A DNA stretch of 64,000 nt from Octopus sinensis (Eukaryota). Below the pieces are notes generated by a model. It was not told the DNA's origin. It worked only from the letters and a program-made list of their open reading frames with translations, and did not search any database. Below are positions 39,915-52,805 of this stretch, piece by piece (the stretch's first letter is position 1; each line of letters starts with the position of its first letter). Where the stretch lies: the NCBI RefSeq assembly GCF_006345805.1, contig NC_042998.1, forward strand, positions 62,992,001-63,056,000, read 5' to 3'. Both the position numbers and the translations under genes were made by a program.

Positions 39915-40591
39915 TACATACTTTTTTCAGCTACCTGCAGCCTACGGTACCATGTTATCCATTCTTTTCAGCTATTTAATATTTTCCTGACTATCCGGGG
40001 CGTATGAAGGCGGCAAACCTTTTTATCAGTTCTTCTGGGCACCCTATTTGGAATCCACTTCCAGTGGGTTCACTCCTTATCCAACATTCAATTACTGTTC
40101 GGTATGCCTCCTTATCTTACCTTTTTCTCTGCCTCTGGTTTTGTGTGCAAGCAGTCTCTCGATGACGACCGGGCCTGCTCTTCTCAACCACAGGCCACCT
40201 GCTGGACGAAAGGTTTTCGCCTTTGATTCCAGCCCCAATAACAACATTATTCGATTCATTTGTATTAGACATTTTCACTCAACAATGAAGTTTGCGTTTC
40301 AAGGCTAGCCACCAACCGGTATTTTCATCAAAACACCCTCTCTAGTAAGATTGTCAACCGAAATTGCAATTATTAAAGTTATACTTGTTTATTTTTCCCC
40401 TTCTACTTTCACATTGATCCTGTTGTCACCGGGGCATGCTATGTTGATAATCATACATGATTCTTTCTTTTTTATTCATCACAATAATGCTCGGTTTCCG
40501 AGGACTGGCCAGGTGATCGTACTGGATCATCGCATCCCATGGGGTTTTGCAATTCTCATTTTCTGTGACTTCTTCTGGGGAACCACCGAAT

Positions 40592-40600
<9 letters not shown>
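39915..40600 (-). pseudogene. R4/Dong-like non-LTR 3' fragment with restriction-like endonuclease
   Basis: EVTENENCKTPWDAMIQYDHLASPRKPSIIV, CMIINIACPGDNRI, C-terminal KVCRLHTPRIVRKILNS*; trinucleotide microsatellites at both ends. Confidence 0.7.
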
Positions 40601-40630
<30 letters not shown>

Positions 40631-41399
40631 ACTACTACTACTGTTATTAGGGCAGTGAACTGGTAGAATGGTTAGCACGTCGGACAATGTGGCTTCAGGC
40701 ATTTCTTCCTATTATGTCCTGAGTGTAAATTCTCTCAAGATCAAACTGGCTTTTCATCTCTTTGGGATCGATGAAATAAAATACCAGTCATGTACCAGGG
40801 GTCGATGTTATCGACTTAACTTCTTTTTCTAAAATCCAATGCCTCGTTCCCAAACTTTAAAACAGTTATTGTTGTGTGCTTTGTTGATGAACCCATCAGC
40901 AATTGAGAGTGTTGGTCAGATTTAATTATCCTTTCTTAAGGGATACCATTTGTTTCTTTTTAATTGCTTCGATAATCTTTTTGAAATTTTAAAGAACATG
41001 AACAATATGGTGCCAAAATGTCGTGGAAACAGCTGAAGAAGGGGTGGTGTTAGTGAGTGTGATGGCAGTGGTGTGCTGATGGGGGCAGAACCACGACAAC
41101 AATCGCCATCAGCTTCACTTCTCTGCAAACATACACTCACATACATACACACACAGAAAACACAACGACACTCAACACACACTCGCATACTCAAATATAC
41201 ACACACACTCACATACACAAATATACACACACACACACACATCACTCCTATAACCGCCATCATCACTGTCATCAGCATCACCGCCGTTATCGCCGTAACA
41301 TGGACAGCGATGAAACGTCTGCAATGCTTTCCTTCGGTAAACTGTGATTGGAAAATTAAAATAATAAACAATATGGCGCCCATCGTGTGGTAGCTGAAG

Positions 41400-42216
41400 G
41401 CACGGAGAGGCGTCAGTTGTTGTTGGTGGTGGTGGTGGTGGTGGCGAGGTGAGCACGAGTAACTGCACAATAATGGCTACTACTGTTACTACTACTGCTA
41501 CTACTACTACCACCAATTTCAACATAACCAGTTCGTTATACAACCACCGTTATTAGCAACACAATCACCATCTTCAACAGACAGAAATGCCATCACAGAC
41601 GCACAATACAATGACACCAGGATTCTTCTTGAGATACAAATGTCTAAGAGCATCATCATCATCAGCAGCAGCAGCAGCCTCAGCATCATCATCAACAGCA
41701 TCAGCAGCATCAATGAAGTGAACAATACCAGTGGAAAGAAAACGTGGGAACAATGCCGATGTTTATGATGATGATGATGGCTACGGTGATGATAATGATG
41801 ACGACCATGATGAGGATGGTTATGATGATCATCAGCGTTGTCTTAGTTGTTGTCTGCAAGATTCTCATTATCAACCAGCACCACCACCAGCACCACCACC
41901 ACTACCACTACCACCACCACCAGCATCATTACTACTACCACAGCCGCCATCACTGCTGCCTTCCAACACCGCAGACTCACCACCACTAGTACACCGTTAC
42001 AAAACCTATTACTACAACCGCTCTCACCAACACCGCCATTGATTCCTCGCAGTTATCATCATCATCATCATCGTCATCATCACCTTCATCATAATCGTCG
42101 TCATCGTCACCGCCACTGCCATCATCATCATCATCGCTATCATCACCATCATCATCGCCATCATCATCACCATCATCACCATCATCAACATCATCATCAT
42201 CATCATCATCACCATC

Positions 42217-42259
<43 letters not shown>

Positions 42260-42400
42260 ATATCATCGCAAACATCAGCATCATCATCATCATCATCATC
42301 GACATTATCGACACCATCCTCAACCTCCTCATCCTCAATACCCGCAGCGGTCTCAGCAGCAACAGCCTCAGCAGTTGCACTACGATGATAGAAGACTGAT
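41400..42400. repeat. (CAT)n/(CAC)n/(TAC)n/(GAT)n compound low-complexity tract
   Basis: Visible repeats. Confidence 0.9.
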
Positions 42401-43472
42401 CTGTTACAATGTGGGGCTATGGGCATGCTACGAAATAAGTAATCGTATCTCTTTGTTCGAGGAGTTTGTGGAGGTGAGGCCAAATATTACACCAAGTCGC
42501 CTCTCCTACATAGAAAACGATCAAACTTCCAAAGGCAGTATTTGAAATGTTTGAGACCAAAAATAAATCTGCTACAGATGATGTTGAGACTCTAGCCCTT
42601 GATATAAAAATAGAAGAACCATGAGATAGTTGGTGCTCATATGAATCACACTGACCCTTAAATTTCATCGTCATAACTATGGCAACAGAATGTTAGATTT
42701 GTGGACAGGGCCATGAGATAAAACAGCGAACCATTACTGAGCTGGGTTTTGGTAAAATATTTTATGTAAGTCGTGCAAGTACGAGTTACTCAGAAAATAT
42801 ACAGAGCTCAGCTACCAGGAAGTAGGAGTGAGAGGTACAATCTATAAGATGGAAGGCCCAAAATCTACTAAATGGTAAAAAGCTCTCGCTCAACAGATGG
42901 TTGTCAACATGTAAATTAGTTGTTCTCATTGCCAATACCGGTAGATGTGGATAAGAGGCATCAAAGTTTAGAAAGATGCACCGTTGATTAAAGTCAACCA
43001 AAATCGTCAGGCAACGTTGTCAGTTTGTTGCCTTGCGACGATAAAGAGCGTATGAAATTTCGATGTAAGGGGCAATCTGACGATAGTGAGACAGGCGGAA
43101 AGGTTGGGGAGGGGAATAAAAGGGTGAATAAAAGGCATAGCTAGTTTATGGAATATGAGCATCAATATGTAGCGTGGAAATCTGACTGCTTCTGCTCGGT
43201 TCCTCAACTTCAAGGTTTTTGGAGGGACAGCATTCAGATAAAAAAAGGACCTAAATAAAGAAAATTAATGTCATGTTGAGGCCAATTCATATTATTTCTC
43301 TTCAGATCTCAAAATTATAGACTGTTGCATTAAATGGTAACCAGAGACTATTAAAAGCAGTTGGTGCGAGTAATTGTCTTATTGAAACAAATTTCTGATA
43401 TTTTATGGCTTTGGTTAAGAGGCCGAAACAAATAAAATTACTCCGGGCGAGTAAGTACAACTTGATCCACAT

Positions 43473-43516
<44 letters not shown>

Positions 43517-44129
43517 CTCTCTTTCCACCTGAATCACTTTCTCTCTCCCCCATTCTCTCCCTCTCTCCCCCATTCTCTCCCTCTCTCCCTTGATAGCAAC
43601 AATGGTAGGATTGACGATTGGATGATTAAATATTCATGCCCCTGATGCATCTGGAAAATGAGAGCCCTACTCAACATTATGAGGCCATTTAATTCAAAAT
43701 GAGATAGATATTAACGTGCACTAGCACACCGAAAAGTAGCCAATGGCAATTTTCGTGGCTGACTATGAATTGTAGCCTCTGTCATCGCCCTATGCCGCTA
43801 TGGAAATGGCTGTATTATTTAGGAAAGGACCGTGATCCGGTGAACATATTGCTGTTCTGGATGTGGATTCCAATTAGGATGTGCACTGATGCTGATGGCT
43901 TCCTACTCATCGACGGTGTCAGTGAAGATATTCAGACCTAAACAGGCAAGGAAGCTTCGATGCATTTCAGCCGCAAATTTTATAAAAGAATTTTGATCTG
44001 TGGTGGAATAAGGATTTGTTTCCAATGAAACTTATTACGGATTTTCACAAAAGACATTAACAGTAGCAACAAGAAATAACAGCGAAAATGACAATAACAA
44101 AATATCATAGGCTTTATATACATTGTGCG

Positions 44130-44435
44130 GGCCCACGATTTATCCTTATCACCAACTTTAATCTTTAAGTAAGCCAAGTAGGCTCTTATTACAATGTCAC
44201 TAAGGTTCATTCTATGACTTGGTACTGTAAAACAACCACATATATAACAAAAAGAGTTAAGGGAATTGAAACATTTAAAATATGGAGCTACAGGTGGGGA
44301 CCAGTATGGGCCAGCCAATAGAAAAAAAACTAGACGTGATAGAAAAAAATATATTGGTGTAACCCCTAAATTACACCAAAACAGGTCTCAGACATAGGTC
44401 AGCAAAAAAAAAAAGTTAGAATTTGTTGGCCAGTG
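44130..44435 (-). mobile_element. CMC/Chapaev3-like DNA transposon 5' fragment
   Basis: Terminus CACTGGCCAAC on minus; CFNSLNSFCYICGCF...RAYLAYLKIKVGDKDKSWA resembles the transposase N-terminus; superfamily name from memory. Confidence 0.5.
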
Positions 44436-44868
44436 TAATTTTCCCTAGATGAGATTCCGCCTACAAAACTAGTCGGGAATGAGTTCGGAGGTTCTGGTAA
44501 GGATCGAACCAGTTTTATGGACTGTAGATTTTTACCGAAGTCTAAATAAATATATATGAATATTTAAACCATAATAAAACAGTATTTTGAAAATAAATCA
44601 AGCAACTTCATATTTTAACAGTAATCCTTCAGATTAATTCTATGAGATTGCGAACGAGAAAATATGAATCTTATTCACGTAGAAATGTTTGTAAAAGAAG
44701 AATAACCGAGAGAAATTCTTCAGTGTGGAAAATATCTCTACGTTACTACCAGTTGCTTTCAAAGGATTATCATTTGTAATCCATTCTTCCTTTAAATTGA
44801 TTAAATAAACAAATTTATTACATTTTTGGGTAATTGAAAGCCAAAATATTATTCTCAATAGAGGGATA

Positions 44869-44931
<63 letters not shown>

Positions 44932-45499
44932 TTATATATATATGAATGTGTGTATGTATATATACATATATGAATGTGTGTATGTATATATACATATATG
45001 AATGTGTGTATGTATGTATGGATGTATTCGAATTCTTGAATTTGCAAGTCGAAGAGTTAAAGAAAAATCAATATAGAATTGTTGAAGTAATGTACTTGTA
45101 GGTTCCTACGTAGCGTTGATTTGTCACACACACACACGCACACACACATACACACACACACTCACACAAACAAAATTTCACACACATACATACACATATA
45201 TATATATTCTTTCTTTCCACCCTTCCGTTTCGTTTCCTTGAAAGCAGTCAGCTTTGGTTAAACTTTGAGAGGGATAGGCTCCGTCAGCGATGAAAATGCC
45301 CGATGTACACAGTATGTCACAACAGAAGTTCTACAATTCCCTCAAAGAGAGGGCGCAATACACATACATATATGCATATAGTGAGAGAAAGAGAAAGAGT
45401 CAAACATTAGCTTTTAAGAGCAGGGAGAGAGATAGGGAGTGAATAGAGAGAGAGAGTAAAGAGAGAGAGAGAGAGAGAGAGAGAATCAAACATTAGCTT

Positions 45500-47500
45500 T
45501 TGGAGGAGAGAGACAGTTAATTCTATCGACTTAGTTCTAAGCTGTTGCTATGTTTTATCAACCCCAGTGAGATGGAAAGCGAAGTTGACTTAGGTGGGAT
45601 TTGAACATAGAAAGTAAAGTCCCAGTAAAAGAACATTTTTTCCCGAACACCTAATGATTATAATAATCCCTCAACCTTTCCCGTTCTCACAATAAGTCTT
45701 TTAACTCTAGGCACAAGACCTGAAATTTTGGGTGAGTGGGCTAGTCGATTACATCGACCCCCACCCCTCTGCTTATTTGGTACTTATTTATCGACCTCGA
45801 ATGGCTGAAAGGCAAAATCGAATTCGGCGGAATTTGAACTCCGAAAATTGAAAGTCGGAAGAGCATTTTTGTCCGTCGAACTAACGATTCTTCCAAGTTC
45901 AACTTATAATAATATGATAATTGATATGACACATGACAAATGTATAATGAAAAACGGAATGTTTTTTATTTGAACATTACAATTTCAAGTGTAATGGATG
46001 ATCAACAAATGTTTCGGATACTATAGCACTGGAAACTATTGAAGCAATTCATATCCTAGCAAACAAATCCAGTGACTAACTCTGTATTTACTTATCTGTA
46101 TTAAAATATTCTCCTCTTGAATATAAAGTTACACGATACACATCACTCATTTCTCACTGCACTACATATTTTTCTCTTCTGTAGAATCCCATGCAATTAT
46201 GATTTTCTTTTGGAAACGTCTTTTGGATTTATCCATCGAATCTACTCAAGTATAAGAAATATCCAATGTAATACTAAATAAATATTGTACTTTCTCTCGA
46301 AAATAAAAAAAGATCGTATTTTTTTTGGTTTTGTTTTTTTTTTTCGCATTGGGTGTTGTACGAAACGACAACTTCAAATCTAGCAAACTATAATGTTTAA
46401 ACATACTTGGGTATTAAAACAAATAAAACTGTCTTCAGAAAATAATCACAAAGGGACTTCGTATTTTTGACTGTAATACTTAAGATTAGATGTATGAGAA
46501 TGTGAACCCGATGATGTTAATTCACGTTGAAATGTTCGCTCAGAAACGATAGATTAAATATTTCTCAATGAAGTAAACATCGAGATCTTATAAACATTTG
46601 CTTTCAAAGGTTTATGTTTTGTGATCCAGTTCCTTTAAAATAAATAAACAACTTTGATATATTTTCAGATTGCTAAAATTCAGGATGTTATTCTGACAGA
46701 GTGAAACAAAAATACATATCGTCAGATTCTGGAACGTATCCGGAAACCAGCTAATATTTATGCATTTCATAATTAATTGAAGATCTAAGGCGAAGAGCTG
46801 GCTGAATCGTTAGCATGCCGGACAAAATAATTAGCGGCATTTTGTCCGTCCTTACGCTTCTGTGTTCAAAATTCGCTGAGGTCGATTTTGCCTTTCATCT
46901 TTTCGGGGTCGATGAAATAAGAACCTATTACGTACTGAGGTCGGCTTAATCAACTTATCCCCTCCCTGGAATTTTCAGCTGGTTTATTAATTGAAGATAA
47001 GAGGGTGAGCAAACAGAATCATAAATACATTTCATCCGTCTTTAGGTTCTGTGTCCCAGTTCCACCGAGGTCGACTTAGCCTTTCAATTTTCAAAAACCG
47101 ATAAAATAATAACTATTTGGGCACTGGGATCCATGCAATCAACTAGACCCCTCCCCCAAATTTCGGATCATTATTCCAAAATAAGTATTTAACTCCCGTG
47201 TTCATAGTCACCCGAGGATAACTTGGGCTTTCAAACTTTCGGGATCGTTAAAGTAATTAAGTAATCGCCCAACCACCTCCCTGTGAACACTGCTGACCTC
47301 ATGTCAAAATCTGAAATTTCAGTATTCCAAAATATAAGATGATACGCTGGTCAACTCCGATAACAATACTTAGCGGCATTTCTTCCGGTTCATTACGTTC
47401 TGAGCTGAGATCACTATTACCTTTCATCCCTTCAAGTATCAGTCAAGTACAGAGGTTGGTGATTTGACTTGCCCCTCCCTTCAAAATTGCTGGTCATGTA
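45500..47500. mobile_element. Cluster of about six diverged SINE-B copies in both orientations
   Basis: Repeated gaggtcga...gcctttcat..ttcggggtcgat modules at about 45500, 45705, 46787, 47020, 47190 and 47340. Confidence 0.7.
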
Positions 47501-47538
47501 CAAAACTTACAATGCGTTTTTATTGCAAATGATAAAAA

Positions 47539-47598
47539 AGGTAGCGAGCTGGCAGAAACGTTAGCACGCCGGGCAAAATGCTTAGCGGTATTTCGTAC
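47539..47598 (+). mobile_element. Host SINE-B, left half
   Basis: aggtagcgagctggcagaaacgttagcacgccgggcaaaatgcttagcggtatttcgtac. Confidence 0.85.
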
Positions 47599-47846
47599 GT
47601 CGAGGCGGCGAGCTGGCAGAAACTTTAGCACAATGGACGAGATGCTTAGCGGTATTTCGTCTGCCGCTACGTTCTGACTTCAAATTTCGTCGAGGTCGAC
47701 TTTGCCTTTCATCCTTTCGGGGTCGATTAAATAAGTACTAGTTACGCACTGGGGTCGATATAATCGACTTAATCGGTTTGTCTGTCCTTGTTTGTCCTCT
47801 CTGTGTTTAGCCCCTAGTGGGTAGTAAAGAAATAGGTATTTCGTAC
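47599..47846 (+). mobile_element. SINE-B (LINE-tail subtype) inserted with 12-bp TSD GGTATTTCGTAC
   Basis: TSD copies at 47587-47598 and 47835-47846. Confidence 0.85.
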
Positions 47847-48013
47847 ATCTGTTATTGAAAATTTATGATTGGAGTGTGTTTGTAAGTTTCTGTTAATTGT
47901 TACACCTCTTGTTGCGCTTATTGTTGGACTTATTGTGTAAACAATTGTAGTATAGTTTTCTTTCGAACGCTATCTGTGGTTTTCCCCTGTGGGGGAAAAC
48001 ATTAATTACCGGC

Positions 48014-48870
48014 ATGATGCCGAAAAGTGTGTCTTCGTCGGGTGATGAATCATCGACTGAGCGAGAAGCAAAGAAAATAGAGAGTTTAATTTTTGATAAT
48101 GTTTCTGATGTGTCGGAAATCAAATTCCCAGCATTACCAAAAGTTACGAACACCAAAAGAAATATAGAAGAAAGGACCATCCAAAATGAAGAAAGGAAAA
48201 GTTTTGCGTCAGCAGCTGGTAGTGGAACGCAACAGCGGACAACTGACAAAAATGAATTACTAAAATACAAAGATGTGATAACAGAACGAGATGGAATAGT
48301 AAAAGTGGAAATACCAGAAGAATTAACGAAGGAAAAAAAAATTATTTTTAAGACTTTCTGCTTAAAAATTCGTAAAATTGATAAGATATGTGAGCACAAA
48401 TTTGAAAAATGTCTAAAACCCATATGACAGGACATTAAATATCTAACCAGAGGGAAGAAGTTTGGAACCATCGTGGTGAGGTTCAAGAATCCAGAAACGG
48501 CACAAAAACACCCTGTAAAATCTTTAGAGTCGGAAGACACAATGTTAATCCCAATTTACATGGGAATGAGAACATCAAAGGTGAGAATATTAAGTGTTTC
48601 ACCTGGAGTAAACCCTATGCGCTTGATGGCGGCAGTCCTGGCAAACAGGGAAGATAATATTAACCTCCTGCAGGTTACCGTCATAGAGAATACCTATTGG
48701 ACTGGTCAAACGCTTAACCTCATACTGCAGGCTGACCAAAAAAGTTTAGAACAGCTCCCAGAAATCGTGGAAGTACAGAAGGAAGTTCTAAATATTTTTG
48801 TTGAGGGGCGTAAGTCCTAATAACTCCGGTGTGCCTAACTGTGTCACATTAAATAATATTGTAAAGGTGT
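48014..48870 (+). pseudogene. LINE ORF1 (gag-like) with in-frame stops
   Basis: Track ORFs 48014 and 48473 share a frame separated by one TGA; after FVEGRK a decayed CX2CX4HX4C reads *LRCA*LCHIK*YC. Confidence 0.7.
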
Positions 48871-49269
48871 AGAAGACTCAGATGGTGAGGAGAGACAGAG
48901 AAACGGAAGGAAAATAAATAAGAAAAGGAAAATAGAAAGCACGAACCAGCAAAAGCAGAGCGAGCCGAGCCCCCCCCCCCCAAAAAAAAAAAAAAACCAA
49001 GAGAGACAGACCGAGGATGGGGAGGGGTGACGAGCAGAGGGATAGCTGCACTACACAGCAAAAACGAAGACTTACTGCGGAAGATAAAAAGCAAAAATCA
49101 GCAACTAGATTAATTGAACTGTCAGATAAATATAAAAACTATGACTTTTACGAATTGGACACAAAAAAATGTATATTATCTTAACACATATAGAAAATTA
49201 GTCTCAACATTGAGATTCGATTTTCACCAATCTAAGTCCCTCTCCACAGGACGCCCCGATCTAAAAGGT

Positions 49270-52227
49270 AAGTCACGTCTATTCACATTTGTTGTATAAA
49301 TGTTCGTTTCCTGATGTCAATTTGGAAGTAAGGGGGCTTCCTAAATAACATCAGGTCGAGAAATTTGGATGTAATTGTTGCAACAGAAACCCGGGTGATG
49401 GGGCCAAGAGATCTGCTTCCCCTCCTGAGCGGCTACGAGAAATATGTTTCTCCGAGTTGTGGGAGGTGGTGGTGTTGGTCCTACTAAAAAGAAACCGTGT
49501 AGCCTAGAAAAAGTTTGTGTTTCTGACCCAGAAGGCATGTTGGTCGTACTTGACCTGACATTCGATTGTGGCAAGATAATCAGGTTAGTCGCTATTTATG
49601 CACCCAACATTATGGGCCTACAAAGTGAATATTTTCGTGACCCGGGCAAGTTCCTAACCACATCGCATTCGCTAGTATTGTTAGGAGACTTTAACACAAC
49701 AAGAGAAGCACACACAGATTGTGTTGGCTCTAACATGAACAGAAAATGTAACCCGGGGTTACGGGTTCTGCTAAGTCAATTTCAGCTAGCAGATCCATAT
49801 AGGTTGGAACAACCGAACACTCCACAGCGGACGTGGTCAAATAGTGACGGGTCTTCCAGAAGATATCTAGATAGGATTTTAATTACAGAAACAGATAAGT
49901 CCATAGCAGTGTTTACAGTTTTTTCTAGTCAGCTACAGTGACCACAAGATGGTAGATACGTTGCATAGTCAGGGATCTGGCTACTGGAAACTTAATACGT
50001 CCCTTTTGGCGATTAACGAGTACAGAAAGCGGATCAATATGTTAATACAGAGGGCATTAACAGGTACCTTCATTAATAACAAATGGTGGTACGTCCTAAA
50101 AAGAGCCATCAAATATGAGTCTATTAGTTTTAGCATAAATTTAGCCAAGAAGGGACGTAGAATAGGAGATGGTCTAGTTAAGGAACTAGAAGAAGCCTGG
50201 AGGACTGGTAATGCGGAATAAGCGAGGGTGAAAAGACTGGAGCTAAACCAGCATCTTGAAGCCCAACACCTGAGAGGTATTGCCAGAGCTAAGTTACGTG
50301 CGATGGTAAGTGAAAGAATCAAGGCCGTGGGATGGGCCCGAGTGGTGGAAGCTCGGCAAGGAAATATTTCCACTATTCGATCTTTGACGAATCAAAATGG
50401 TATCTTGATAAATGAACCCGAGAAAATGTGTGAGGCCTTTCGGGAGTACTTCGCCCAGCTGTTCGGGAGGGACGGTGGTCCTGGTGGTGGGAGAGCCCTC
50501 TAGGACTTTCTTGCCGGATTGCCGTGCCTCTCGAGGTCGGATGCGGAGTCTTGCGAAGGGCCAATCACGCCTGTGGAGGTGATGGAGGCTTTGGTCGACT
50601 GTAAAGCGGGTAAGTCGCCGGCACCTGATGCTCTTCCGTACGAGCTGTATAAATGCATGCCAGACTTATTCGGGCATCTACTGTTGTACCACTACTTTCA
50701 CTCGATAGTTCGGGTGGACGGTTTCCTTTCGAAGCCGTTCTGCATCAGACGCACGGTTCGTCAAGAATATCCGCTCTCACCAATTTTGCATGTGATGGCT
50801 CTCGAGACCCTACTTTGAAGGTTGAGTGTCATCCCGAGAAAATAAGGTCTAGAGGAGCTTGCTCCGGCTTACGTGGATGATATCACTATTAGCGTAACCT
50901 CGGTAGCACGCCTACGTGAAGTGAGTAAGGCTATTGAGGTTTACGGGAAGGTGCCAGGAGCAAAGATTAACCGGGAAAAGTCGGTCGAGTTGCAGCTTGG
51001 CACCTGGATTAGCAAGTCGATGACTTCAGACAGCATTGATAGGCGCTGTACGGAGGGACCGGTTAAGTTGCTGGCAGTTTGGTTTGGACCAGGCCTCCAA
51101 ATAGAGAAGAACTGGACGGAGTTATTGAGCAGGGTGGCTGCAGTAGTCAAGACCTGGTCTTTGCGGTGGCTATCCCTGAAAGGGAGGGCGGAGGTGGTCA
51201 ATGTGTTTATTGCATTGGTCATTACCTACCACTGACCGTCGTGCCCAGTCTGGATTCGTGGTTGATCAGGTTGGAGAGACAGCTCTTACGTCTTTTTGTG
51301 GAAGGACAGGTCACCACTTGTGAAACGCTCTGTCTGCTGTGAAAAGCCTTTAAAGGGAGGTTTAGGGTTGCCTTGGTTAATGATGCGCAGACATGCGTTG
51401 AGGTTGGGGCACCTCTGGATTCTCCTGGACAGTGAACGGGTGTGGTCTCCGCAGACCAAACATATGTTCCCCGAGTTCAAAAGTTTTTGCGAACAGGAAG
51501 CCTGGTGTTCTCGTAGACCGAGGTCGAGTGCATGACATAAAGAGTGCCGTAAAGCCCACTTGCTATTCTAGCGCTCGGGAAATGCCAGCGGTGGGGGTTC
51601 CACACGGATTTTATATAGTGGGTCGGTAGAGCCTGAATGCGACGATGGTCTGGGGGCGACTCTAGGTCTCAGGTGTATTCAACTGGACAGCCGGTTTCAC
51701 CGTACATTCGGGTTGAGGACGTTAGATAACTTCCAAAAGTCCTAAACCTGGCAATGCTACAGAGGTGCCTTGCCCGTTTGGGATAAGCTCGCAAGACATG
51801 GTAAGCGTCAGTCGCTGACCTGTCCAAGATGCAGTGGGGAGAGACACAGGGAAACCGTCCTTCACGCTATTGTTCAATGTCTGGAGATAACTGAAATGTG
51901 GGCTTATGCTGAACACCTATTGTCCAGCGAAGGAAGAGTATAGCTCTCCACTGAGTCAATTATAATAATTGACCCACCGGGAGTTTTAACGAACGAAGGT
52001 AAGAATTGTTTTCTCACGTTGTAGCAATAGCGAAAGAGGCAGTATGGAAAACTAGGATAAAAGGAATTCAGTCAGGCAACTTTATCTCTTGCCACAATTT
52101 ACGATCATTTTTTTCTTTTCCTTTGAAAAGGAAGCTGTAGTTGGAGAAGAGATGTCTGTCGGAGTCTACGTTTCAAAAGAGATGGAAGCGTGTTGCACGA
52201 GTGTTGTGCGTGCAAGGAACCGTGTGA
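49270..52227 (+). pseudogene. LINE ORF2: APE endonuclease, RT, C-terminal Cys domain; many stops/frameshifts and an RT deletion
   Basis: VATET, AIYAPN, LLGDFN, YLDRILI, GSGYWKLNTSLL, KSPAPDALPYELY, VRQEYPLSP, YVDDI, GAKINREKS, KGGLGLP, TCPRC...ETVLHAIVQC. Confidence 0.9.
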
Positions 52228-52456
52228 ATAGACGGAAAAAAAGAACAAAAAGGGTACCAGCGGTAGATCGGGGCTTGTGGGGTCGGAGCGTGGCCTGATC
52301 ATCGCTTCATCTGTATTGTCTTTGTATTGGTAATTCCATTCGGTTTGTCATATATTGTATTTAAATTTTTAAAGTCACATGATAAGTAAAGTCATATCGC
52401 TTTACTGATCTCATCAGTTGTTCTGTCCATTTCTATGTTTGGCCCCCGGTGGGCAA

Positions 52457-52610
52457 ACGTTCTGAGTTCAAATTCTGCTGAGCTCGATTTGCCTTTCATA
52501 CTTTCGGAGTCTGTAAATCAAGTACCAGTTGAGTACAGGGGGCGATGTGATCGACTATCCTCCTCCCCACCAAATCCCGGCCTTTGTACCTGCAATAGAA
52601 AGGATTATTC
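52457..52610 (+). mobile_element. Host SINE-B, right half
   Basis: acgttctgagttcaaattctg...gcctttcatactttcggagtc...cctcctcccc...ggcctttgtacc. Confidence 0.8.
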
Positions 52611-52805
52611 CAAATTATAAAGGAGGTCAGTTGGTAGAGTTGCTAGAGTTGCGGAAGATATGCATTACAAATTTTCTTCCGGCTCTTTACGTTCCGGGTT
52701 CAAATTTCGCCGAGGTAAAGTTTGAAATTCATCACTTCAGGCTCAAGAGAATAGAGTACAATTCGATGGTATCGACTAACATACTGACATTAAAAGATTG
52801 CTGGT

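Larger units (their letters stand above)
47847..52456 (+). mobile_element. Tx1/L1-clade LINE, near full length, decayed
   Basis: ORF1 with zinc-knuckle remnant, APE + RT + cysteine-rich ORF2, 3' UTR ending ggcccccggtgggca. Confidence 0.9.

Noticed and set aside
41847-42545. 232-aa poly-Thr/poly-His ORF and antisense Asp-rich ORF
   Set aside because: Driven by (CAT)n/(CAC)n, which stays open in several frames; no recognisable domain or splice context
42400-43200. Moderately complex sequence with short ORFs
   Set aside because: No motif I can recognise
44440-44545. ctagatgagattcc...ggatcgaacc hammerhead-like remnant
   Set aside because: Both core halves altered; cannot be distinguished from chance
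44940-45020. 28-bp unit repeated about three times
   Set aside because: Ordinary microsatellite-derived minisatellite
47893-48540. 215-aa minus-strand ORF
   Set aside because: Antisense shadow of LINE ORF1
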